A DNA stretch of 18,795 nt from Selaginella moellendorffii (lineage: Eukaryota > Plantae > Lycopodiophyta), in NCBI RefSeq assembly GCF_000143415.4, contig NW_003314420.1, positions 194,455 to 213,249 of the forward strand, read 5' to 3'. How positions within the stretch are numbered: position 1 is the stretch's first letter; each line of letters starts with the position of its first letter. The notes under the pieces are model-generated. The model did not search any database. It had not been told where the DNA came from and saw only the letters and a list, made by a program, of their open reading frames with translations. Both the position numbers and the translations under genes were made by a program. Of the stretch, positions 1 through 9,588 are shown one piece after another.

Positions 1-1934
1 ATCTGGTTCTGGCAGTGGGTAGAAGAATTTCGTGGGTGTCCTGTAAAACGAACTCTGAGCTCTTTAGAGCCTTATCAAGGATTTGATCGTGCTGATTGTC
101 GAAGCCTGTGGTGTACCTTGGTGGACTACTACAGCCAACTTGCTCCAACTCTGTCAAGTCTACCTTTGCTTTTGAGAGAATAAGATGTGCCGGGCAATAG
201 ATAATCTCTTGTGAAGGTTTAAGTTCCGTACAAGTACCACAATTTTCTTCAAGGCGCAAGTCAACATCGTCTGGCATGCTATGTTCATTGTTTTGGATCA
301 GTGCATTTATGCTATGTGCTATTCTGCTGGCTGAGTTTCCTGGATAAGATACTTCCATTCCCTCGTTCGTAAAACTGGGAAGACAGGCAGCGTCAACACG
401 ATAGATAAGCTGCTGGGCGAGATCTTTAATCAAAGGAAGGTAGCTCTTTTTATCAGTGTTTTGTCTGAAGCTGCCCGTAGATTGGAAGTCTGTGTTCTCA
501 GTTCTTTTCAGAGATGCATCTTTGTCTTTCTCCAGATTTTGTTCCCCTGTTTTGTCTCTTTTTTTTGCCTCTCTTCTCGATTTTTCTTCATTTACTGATT
601 TCATTGCATATGTATTTGCCAGGCTGTCCTCACAGAAGGTTGTTTTGGGCTTTTTACAATGAAAATAATTTCTTTTTTTCATGGAACTATAATTTAATAG
701 TTGAGGGGAATACGAGACCACATCAGCAGACCTTTTTTGTTGACGAGTTGAACCAGACCGTCTTAAGGGCAAAAAGGATGTTTTAGACAGCTTGTGCTTG
801 ACTCGTTTCCCTTCTGCTTTCTGAAAAAAGAATAAATACTGAAAATGGGTTTTCATGGCTAACCTGACGTTTTGAGCTCGGTAAAAGTCCCAGTGCAGAC
901 AAACTTTTATGAACTTGAACTCCGGTTTTCCAGGACGCTTTTCTAATGACTGGTTCCTTTGGTTTCGACTTCGATCCTGAATCAAACCCCACAAGTTTAT
1001 TGCTTCTAATAAGCTCAACTGTGTTGCTGCCACAGGAGCGTAAGATTGTGACTTGTTCGCTTTTCAAAGTATTTTCCAATTCAAGATCCGGCAGGCCCAT
1101 TTCTTGCAGATTTGTCAGGGAACCAAACCAAGGCCCAACTCCCTCGCGAGAATGACGCGCAAATTCAGAATCCCATGGAGGCTTTTGCAAGTTTGTTTTA
1201 GGTTTAGATTGCGACCTGTAGAAATGATGATGTACTAAAACGACGTGAAAGACTCACTTTACCCCAATTTAGAGCGCCGGATCTGATCAAAGTGCTTCAC
1301 ACGGTCTTTGCAAGATATCTTTTCTGGAATTGTTGCTCGTTTCCTTTTTGTCTTCGAAAGTCCGACCTGTGGTGTTCAAAGTATTAATGAAGGAAAAAAC
1401 TAGCAAGAATCTCACTCCGTCATCATGTGCATGCACTGTAGTACATGATTTCTTTCTTGACTGGTTCTGCACACAATGTGAGGAGCTACTGCTCTTTTTC
1501 AGGGAGTTGACGTCTGGTGTGGCGGTTGCAGAAATCGGGACTAAACCAGCTGTCCGAAGGCAACAGTTAGGAGCTTCAGCTTTTGTCCGCTGGTATTTGT
1601 GCAGAGGAACTTTATGTCTGAGCGATTCTGCCGGCAGAGAATGCTTTTTACCAGTAGGCTCTGTGCATGAATACGGCAAGTAACAGTGCAGGGATCTTCT
1701 TCGATTTCCACCGACAGGTGCTTTTCCCTCCGCTCCTTTCCCAAGCTGTTGAGCTTCAAAGCTTTCCAAAATCTGTTCGTCGTTGATCTTCGTGATCGTT
1801 TGCTGTCCTTTTTCTTTTACAATGCTTGATATTCGATTGTTTTCTAAAAAACTCTGGAACAAGTCTAGATCTGCTGGAGCATGCCTGGCCACAAGAGCTA
1901 TCAGAGGTGGGCTCACGTACTCAGGGAAAGCCAT
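1..1934 (-). CDS. Spliced protein-coding gene, unknown function (K/S-rich, low complexity), 3' end beyond window; exons 1934-1416, 1366-1263, 1215-864, 820-<1
   Basis: Three GT-AG introns (1415-1367 GTGAG..CAG, 49 nt; 1262-1216 GTAAAG..CAG, 47 nt; 863-821 GTTAGC..CAG, 43 nt) join ORF 1287..1934, a 104-nt exon (VGLSKTKRKR...RSKLG), ORF 783..1190 and a stop-free frame from 820 to the window edge (KAEGKRVKH...MKKRNYFHC...LLPTARTR), all with consistent phases. A further in-frame 45-nt intron at 731-687 is possible. CpG is retained, unlike in the TE block. No domain recognised; start codon uncertain. Confidence 0.75.
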
Positions 1935-2334
1935 AATCTTACAACTAGCTGCAATACGACCACAAACCTATTAGTATCACCCTCGTCAGTTTCAGTATAT
2001 TCTCCTGGACAATTTTTTTATGTCGAGAAGAGTGTTTTCCAGGATGATTTCTAGCTTGTTTCTAAGATGGCTCTTATTGCCCTTCCCTGCAGTTCAAGAA
2101 GACTTGGAGTATCACCTCCTATGACATACAAGGTAATCTTGCACAGAAGCCTCATAAAGTCACAAATTGCTAGCATATTCTGTTTGAGAAACTGAGAAAA
2201 GGTAAAACTCAAGTCAGAATGAAAATAATTTAGCATCTTACACACATGAATATCAGCAAATATACGATCAAGCCACAGAACCTGGGATTTTCTGAAGTAC
2301 ATACCTTTACTATAATAGATGTAATCCGGGTTCT
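1935..2334 (-). other. Probable spliced transcript segment upstream of the gene (5' UTR exons or 3' end of a neighbouring gene)
   Basis: Intron-like GTATGT..TTCTCAG (2304-2192, 113 nt) and GTATGT..CTGCAG (2129-2087, 43 nt). Every joined frame I tried hits a stop before 1934. Confidence 0.3.
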
Positions 2335-2789
2335 NNNNNNNNNNNNNNNNNNNNNNNNNNNNNNNNNNNNNNNNNNNNNNNNNNNNNNNNNNNNNNNNNN
2401 NNNNNNNNNNNNNNNNNNNNNNNNNNNNNNNNNNNNNNNNNNNNNNNNNNNNNNNNNNNNNNNNNNNNNNNNNNNNNNNNNNNNNNNNNNNNNNNNNNNN
2501 NNNNNNNNNNNNNNNNNNNNNNNNNNNNNNNNNNNNNNNNNNNNNNNNNNNNNNNNNNNNNNNNNNNNNNNNNNNNNNNNNNNNNNNNNNNNNNNNNNNN
2601 NNNNNNNNNNNNNNNNNNNNNNNNNNNNNNNNNNNNNNNNNNNNNNNNNNNNNNNNNNNNNNNNNNNNNNNNNNNNNNNNNNNNNNNNNNNNNNNNNNNN
2701 NNNNNNNNNNNNNNNNNNNNNNNNNNNNNNNNNNNNNNNNNNNNNNNNNNNNNNNNNNNNNNNNNNNNNNNNNNNNNNNNNNNNNNNNN
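2335..2789. other. Assembly gap (455 N)
   Basis: Run of N; ORFs spanning it are artefacts. Confidence 1.
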
Positions 2790-3737
2790 ATTCATCCATG
2801 TGTCTACAGAATATCCTGAACCTGCTATATGGCCTGTCTAGGTAAGCTCCTCCTACACTAGGGGAGGCCAAGAAAATCCAAGGCTACCCAACTCACTCAC
2901 TGGCTGACAAGACCAAACCAATCAAGCTAGGGACCCAAGGTTATATTGCACTGCACAGGATAAATCCCACATAAGAGGATGATGAAGTGTGCTCAACCGT
3001 GTTTCCACTGGTCGGTTGCAAACTACTTCAAGGCATCAGGTAAGGTGCAATTGGCCCAGTTGCCCCACTGTCACACTCTTGCAGGACATAAATAAAGAAC
3101 ACTCTTTTACTAATCAGATATGCTTAGGGCCATTGTGTTGCCACTAGCAGGCTGTGAGCCACTCTCTTCTACTCAAGAATTCCTTCAAAATCTCTATGTC
3201 AGAGCATCCCACCATTGGCCAGTAACATAGTAGTCCTGGGACAATGATCTTGAATCCAAGAGTGTTCTCATAGGAGTTAGATTTGAGAGTGTCCTCCATG
3301 TATGTTGCTAGTGGTAGGCCATGAGATCTCTCTCTCCATATTCAAAGTCCTCATAATCACTAGTATACACTGTTAAACACTTTCAAATGCAGGACCACTG
3401 GAAAGATGGGGGTGGGGCCCAGCCTAAGATCTTTGTCTTTTATGCTAGATCATAACATGGTGTTAGAATGTTTTAGATGGTTCTTAAGATGAGATTGATG
3501 CCTAAATACCTCTTTCTCCCTTAAAATCCCTCACATCTTGCAGCTGGAATTGCTAGGGTATACCATCCAAAGTTGAATAGCAGCAATAATCCATATGGCA
3601 TTAGGGTAGGATAATTATGCTAAGGGGGGTTTGGGGTATTTTTAAAGAGGATAAAATTGGATTTGGAGATCTAGTTTGGAGGTAGATAAAAGTAAATATA
3701 GCATAGGTGGCAGAGTAGGGTTAGTCTCCATAGACTA

Positions 3738-3913
3738 TGTTATGCCACCTCTTGAGATTCCTTACCACCCAACCACCCCTAAGCTACCTCAAAAACTTTA
3801 TTATGTTGCCGCTCCATTGTGAGCCTTAGGGTAGGTTAAGTTCCCTACCCTAACATGCCTTAATATACCCATGAGCTTAATGTTGACCACATGGTAAAAG
3901 TTGGTGCCTAACA
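3738..3913 (-). repeat. 3' LTR of element A (core; weak homology extends left to ~3699)
   Basis: TGTTATGCC...CTAACA aligns to 7663-7849 at roughly 84% identity, almost all differences transitions. Confidence 0.85.
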
Positions 3914-3925
3914 ATTCTTCCCCCC
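3914..3925 (-). promoter_or_regulatory. Polypurine tract of element A
   Basis: GGGGGGAAGAAT on the minus strand, abutting the 3' LTR. Confidence 0.8.
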
Positions 3926-3929
3926 AATA

Positions 3930-5300
3930 AAGTCTTTGTCCCAAGGATGAGTTGTACTGGTGATCACCTTTTTTGGGGAACTCTGCTCAAGCTTCTAGTC
4001 CATTTACTACAGTCATATATATCAAGGAAGCATTGGGCCCGTCACTTTGAGATAGTACACCTTTCAACTAGCTAACATAAAATACTAGATGAATTTCACC
4101 CTAGTTAGCAATTGCACTGATAAGCCGCCTTACCAATGCACTCCAACACTTCATATGGACCAGCATACCAATGAGAAAGTTTATCACTCTTCCCATTCCA
4201 TAAAGCCACTAAGGTGTTCCATTGCTCACTTGACGGAAAAATCACTTGCACAAAGATGAGATCACCCACCGTATATTCCTTGAATTAGCGATATTCATTA
4301 GTAAACTTTTCCACTCTATCCTAAGCTGCCTACAAATTCTGTTTGCAAACCACTAGAATCTCATTAAGTTCTATGGCTAAATCAGTTCTCTTGGAATTAA
4401 GCTTATCTTGAACATCCTTACTCAAATGCAATCCCAAATCCACTGCTATTCGGGGATGCCTTCCAAACATGGCAAAGTAAGGACTTAATTTGGTTCTATT
4501 ATATTAGCTATTATTATAAGTAAATTGCACCAATGGAAGATATAAATCCCAATGTCCTTGCCTTTGACTAATGTTATAGTGTAGCATATCCTCCACCACT
4601 TGATTCATATGCTCAATTTGCCTATCCATCTAAGGATGATCTCCACTCGAAAGTTTCAAAGTCACTTGCATAGTCTTTGCAAAGCTCTTCCAAAATCCAC
4701 TAGTGAACTTTGAATCTCAATCATTAATGATGTCTTTCAACAAACCAAAATCAGGAAAAATCTTCTCTAAATGGACTGTAGCCAAGTTTGAGGCAGTGAC
4801 AGTCTTCTAAAGAACCAACAATCGTACATATTTCGTCAATCGATCCACTATAACCCATATTTGCTCCTTTTACCTTTGTGTTCATGGCAAACAAGTGATG
4901 AAGTCCATAGAGATACTACACCAATGGCTCTAAGGAATAGGTAAAAGCTGCAAAAGTCCCCTTGGCTTCTCCTATGGCACTTAAACCACTAACAGAGTTC
5001 ACATGATTTACAATACTTGAGGATATTAGCCTTTATATTCTTTCAATAAAAATTGTACTTAATCAACTTATACATCTTCTTCCCCCCAAAATAACCAGCC
5101 TCTGGACAATCATGATAATGGAATAAACTTGAGTAATTAACACATCCACCTGTGGCAAATATACATGGCCATTGTAGTAAAGAATCCCATCCATCAATAG
5201 AAAGGTGCTTCCATCTAGCCTCGCAAAGAGACAACCTCAGAGCATCTTTAGCCTAAGCACACTTAACCAATTGCCCAAACTCATTGGCCACCTTACTTAA
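3930..5300 (-). pseudogene. Gypsy integrase pseudogene (Zn-finger, core, GPY/F); chromodomain apparently mostly deleted
   Basis: HDCPEAGYFG...KYCKSCELC; SISMDFITCLP; VIVDRLTKY; D*DSKFTSGFW; HP*MDRQIEHMNQVVEDML; WYAGPYEVLECIGKAAY; only an AEFP remnant before the PPT. Confidence 0.88.
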
Positions 5301-5344
5301 ATGATAACAAAACTGTGTTTGTAATGCCATCACATAACAAAATG

Positions 5345-5960
5345 AGATAAAGTATTTGCCACCACATTTGATTTCCCAGATGATGCTCAATAGGAAACTC
5401 CTAAAACTCCATGAGTTTGACCATCTAATGAACTTGCCTAGTGTTCAACTCCTTTTGTGTGAAAAGATACACAAGAGGTTTATGATCCATCAACACTACA
5501 AACACTACACTATAAAGATAGTGCTGCCATGTCTACAAAACATGAATAATAAAGAGTAACTAATAAAGAGTAAAAATATCATCCAAAAAAATCTCTACAA
5601 ACTCATGAAGATAATGCCTAAATACCTTTGTCATCAATCAAGTAAATATGGCTGGTCAAAGTAAATAGCATAATTGTAAACTCAAAATGCTCGAAGCTCA
5701 TGCTGAATGTTGTCTTGGAGATCGATGCATCATCCATTATAATCTGATGATATCCACTATTCAGATCAATTTTGGTAAACACCCATGCTTCACCAAGCTT
5801 GTCTAAGATATCATCCACACACAGTATCGGCATTTTATCCTTCATTGTCTTCTTGTTCAAGGCACAATAGTCAATACACATCTACATTGAACCATCCTTC
5901 TTCTTCACAAGCAAGACTGGAGCACCAAATGGAGATTTACTTTGCTGAATAAATCCAAAC
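5345..5960 (-). pseudogene. Gypsy RT N-terminal part fused by deletion to RNase H C-terminal part
   Basis: [28 protein letters not shown]; KIDLNSGYHQI; FLDDI at ~5590-5576; then directly LLFIIHVL*TWQHYL, DHKPL and NVVANTLS of RNase H. Confidence 0.88.
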
Positions 5961-6289
5961 TCAAGTAACTCCTTGATTTGTCGTTGAACTTCTTACTCCT
6001 TTGTATAACTCAACTAAAATGAACACTAGAAAATTGGCTGCGTCCCCAGCTTCAACATAATCCCATGCTCCACATCTTATAATGGAGGCAACCCATGAAA
6101 AAGTTCAAATGGAAAAATATCAGAAAACTCATCAAGTTTATCCCGTACTACTGCTTCTCCCCCACACGTGCCTTGGTCCCTCAAGTCACAAACAAACAGC
6201 AAGTAACTTGAAAATGCTTTTCTATTATAGCCCACTTCAAAGATATGGTAGAGAGCATAACAACTGGAGGTTGAACTCCCTCTCCAAAC

Positions 6290-7591
6290 CACACATCTTT
6301 AATGCTATTGTACTCTAGCAAGACATGCTTAATACTCCACTTTATCTTTGGATCCACCTTCACCAACCATAGCATCCCAAAAATGAGATCCTGGATATCT
6401 ATTCTTCACAAGTATGGTTTTGCCAACCAAGACTTCCAACCCCTTGACACAAGCATTGAAATGTTAAGTAGAGGTAGCTACACCTTCCATTGTATATAGA
6501 AAAACTCCTTGTGTTACTAGACCATGCTCCTCAACAAACTTTGCTGAAAAAAAGTTGTCATTGCTCCCACTATCCAGTAAAATTTGCATTAAACCGCCAC
6601 AAATTATGCCCTCCAGCATTAAAGCTAATTCACAAGTGTCCTCGAGCTCCATCTTTTTCCACACACAGTTGAGTTGATGAGCAATGATCGAAAGCCTCTT
6701 CCTCCAACCAGAATGGTCATCCCTGTCATCCTCACATTGCAAAGTTTGCAACTTTTTAGTGTCTGACTTACCATCAGTAGAAGATTGGCCATTCTTTTTG
6801 CTCTACTGCTTATTTTTCAATTGTGAACAATTAGTTTTATAGTGTCCAAGTTCGCCCCAATAATGACAACCCTGTTTATAATTCTTCATAAAGAACTTCT
6901 ACTTCTTTGACCCCTTTGCATCCGAAGTAATCACTATAGACTTCAATTTGTGATGCTTGTTTCCATTCTTGTGTCCACGACAATCATTATGATGATTCTT
7001 GATAGAAGGACTCCTTGAACGCTTGTGAGACTTGTCATTGTCAAGTCGACGAGCCATATTAAAGAGCTCCTCCAAACTCTTTATAGGCTAAGAATGATGC
7101 AAGTATTGCTACATGCTCTCACTATGAAAGCCATCAATGAAATAAAATTTGTTCTAATCTAGATCCTTCATTAGAACATGGCTAATCAAACAAGTAAGCT
7201 TCTCAATATAGTCCTCAAGTGTCATTTTCCCTTGCTGAAAATGTTGAAGTTTTGTGCAAGCATTCTCCACGTCGTAATGAAGGGTAAAACATAAATGAAA
7301 AGTAGCCTCAAACTCATCCATGGTAGACATTGGTGGTTTTCTTATCTACAATATGAGACTCCTCAAGCCAATTCCACTATTGAAAACCCGCATCACATAA
7401 AACCATTGGAATAGCCACTAAAGCCTCTGCATCTTGAGTACCTTTAGCAGTTAAAAACTTCTTCACATTGGCTAGCCAAATGAGACACTCGTCCACACCA
7501 CCATCACTAAAAAAAGCTGGAATCTTGAGTCAATCTATTTAGTGGCACCATCATTGATAATAGGATTCTAGGGTTCAACTTGGTTGGCCAT
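6290..7591 (-). pseudogene. Gypsy gag (zinc-knuckle remnant) and aspartic protease pseudogene
   Basis: KIPAFF...WLANVKKF; QQGKMTLEDYIEKL; CHYWGELGHYKTNC at 6868-6827; protease LLDSGSNDNF at 6580-6551; LIFGMLWLVKVDPKIKW. Confidence 0.85.
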
Positions 7592-7603
7592 CACAACCAA
7601 CTC

Positions 7604-7614
7604 CTTTGATACCA
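7604..7614 (-). promoter_or_regulatory. Primer binding site (tRNA-iMet type) of element A
   Basis: TGGTATCAAAG on the minus strand (plant consensus TGGTATCAGAG), just inside the 5' LTR. Confidence 0.8.
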
Positions 7615-7615
7615 A

Positions 7616-7849
7616 TATTATGATCTAGCACAAAAAGACAAAGATCTAGTCTCTCAAAATTACGTTACGCCACTTCTTGAGGTTCCTCACCACCCAACCA
7701 CCCCCCGAGCTACCTCAAAAGCTCCACCGCACTGCCACCCCACTGTGAGCCCTAGGGTAGGTTAAGTTCCCTACCCTAACATGCTTTAATATACCCTTGA
7801 GCTTCCCTTTGACAAACATTGACTACATGGTCAAAGTTGGCGGCTAACA
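7616..7849 (-). repeat. 5' LTR of element A (~234 bp)
   Basis: Homologous to 3699/3738-3913; inner boundary set by the PBS; plus-strand right end CTAACA. Confidence 0.85.
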
Positions 7850-7938
7850 CACAGCCTCTAGCAAGATTAACATTGTGCAAGATAAACATCACCTCATATA
7901 AGATATAACAGTCTACGAAAACTAAACCACTTACTTGC

Positions 7939-8304
7939 TTGATTAATTGTGTTAGAATAAAGGATCTAGATCAAAACAACTCCTACTTCATTAATAGCTT
8001 CCACAATGACAGCATGAGGCAACACATATATCATTCCCAACTTACAAAGAGTTTAGAGGAGATCTTTGATGTGGCTTATCGACTTAACAGTGATAATCAT
8101 AAGTCTTGCAAGCATTTGAGGAGTCCTTCAGTTGAGAATCATCATGATGATTGCTATGGACACAAGGATATGAACAAACATCACAAGTTAAAGTTTGTGA
8201 TGTCTATTTTGGATGTGAAAAAGTACAAGTTCTTTGTGAAGAATAATAGGCAAGATTTTCACCATTGTGGTGAACTTAAAAACTACAAGGTTGATTGTCG
8301 ATAG
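7939..8304 (+). pseudogene. gag fragment of element B
   Basis: KDLDQNNSYFINSFHNDSMRQHI...SLEEIFDVAYRL...HHCGELKNYKVDC parallels the gag and zinc knuckle of A. Confidence 0.8.
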
Positions 8305-8435
8305 TTGAAGAACAAGTAGTAGAGGAAGAAGAATAACCAATCTTCTAGTGACAGCAAGTCAGATACTAAAATGTTACAAAATTTCCAGTGTGAAGATGAT
8401 GATGAAGACCATTCTAGTTAGAGGAAGGGGCTTTT

Positions 8436-9575
8436 TGTTGCGAATGTGACTTTGGGTATTGAAAGTTACTTGTTGCCCAGTCCTTACAGACACTCTTTCC
8501 TTACTGCCACAATGGTAGAAGGTCGGTATTGCTAGACCCTTTATCAGCCCCTCTTGTTCAAGTGTTAGTAAACTGGACTTTGCATCTGTACTTGGCCGAA
8601 TGAGCATAAGGATGGAATTCCTAAGTGTCTATTAGCCAAGCATACTTGGCCTAGCTTTTTACTTCTTTTTTGCTCTGTCTTGCACTAGCTTGACAAGAAC
8701 CTTCGCATATTGAGACTAGTCCCTCAATATCGCTAGATGATAGCTTACCGTGTCTGCCAAACACCCTCGCTATCATGCCCTTTGTGTTAGTCTCATTTCG
8801 GTCCCAAATGCTATTTATGAAAAGTGTCTAGATTTGCTCATTTGGCATATCTACAGAGTGTAGAGATTAGCCTGAACACAATGGTGTTCGTCCCGTATCC
8901 AAATTCACATTCTAGCGCTATTCCATATTTAGTAAGTTTCGAGCTTGTCCCAAAGACTAACTCCTGGTACTAAGGGAGGCTTGGGGTGAAAGCCCAAAGT
9001 GTGTATTCCTCAAAGGGGGTGGGGTTGTGGGGGGTTCCAAATGTATAGTAGGGATAGTGGGTAAGTCAGGCATGGTTGACCAACCTAAGGCATAGTCTAG
9101 CTCCTGCTTGCGTGCCTGTCCTTGTTTTGCGTCTGACTTGGGTTTAAGCCCAAGTTCCATTCCATGCTAGCTGGTGGAGTACCCATTTCCTCATGTTAGG
9201 CCATCAGTATGCCGAAATAGGGCCAGACTTTGTTTGGCTCCGTTTTGCATGCTGGTCCTGGCATTGGGATGCTGGTTGCTCTAGGACTATTCCAAGTTGC
9301 TCCGGGCTCCTGTCCCTTTGCTCCTTGGGCTGTATGCTCGGGAATTGCTCTGTGGTCTAGTTCCATCACTCCTTGGCTCCATGCTTGGGGGTTTGGCACT
9401 GTTCCTTTGTTCAGTGGCCCAAGGCCCTGAACCTCGGGTTCCACACCAATGTTCTATGGACATGTGGCATGTGACATATGGCATATGACTCGTGGCACAT
9501 GGAGGGTTTAGGTACCGCTTCGTGGTTTTATCCTATGGTAAATCAGGATAAAGGGCCAAAACCACGTATGCTACA
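8436..9575 (+). repeat. 5' LTR of C1 (1140 bp)
   Basis: TGTTGCGAATG...GCTACA followed by TT + PBS; homologous to 12441-13516. Confidence 0.85.
9459..9500 (+). repeat. Three degenerate 14-bp tandem units in the C1 LTR
   Basis: GACATGTGGCATGT / GACATATGGCATAT / GACTCGTGGCACAT; C2 has a single unit at the equivalent site. Confidence 0.75.
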
Positions 9576-9577
9576 TT

Positions 9578-9588
9578 TGGTATCAAAG
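9578..9588 (+). promoter_or_regulatory. PBS (tRNA-iMet type) of C1
   Basis: TGGTATCAAAG 2 nt after the LTR-terminal CA; the C2 equivalent is TAGTATTAGAG at 13519-13529. Confidence 0.8.

Larger units (their letters stand above)
3699..7849 (-). mobile_element. Element A: decayed Ty3/gypsy LTR retrotransposon (chromovirus-like), gag-PR-RT-(RH)-INT, with internal deletion
   Basis: Direct LTR pair, tRNA-iMet PBS next to the right LTR, PPT next to the left LTR, gypsy domain order (RT/RH before INT), many stops and frameshifts. Left boundary eroded; no TSD found. Confidence 0.9.

Noticed and set aside
456-1974. Plus-strand ORFs (456..662, 514..786, 946..1155, 1053..1238, 1330..1683, 1783..1974)
   Set aside because: Antisense shadows of the minus-strand spliced gene.
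2230-2871. Long ORFs spanning the first N gap (also 16272-16856 over the second)
   Set aside because: Their length comes from N translated as X.
3733-7854. TSD for element A
   Set aside because: GACTA and CACAG do not match, and the left LTR edge is eroded.
9015-9061. G-quadruplex-like G runs in the C LTRs
   Set aside because: Common in plant LTRs; the fourth run is distant; no support for function.
8957-9488. Overlapping short ORFs here and at 13209-13521
   Set aside because: They fall in the GC-rich part of the LTR, open in several frames at once, with no recognisable motif.
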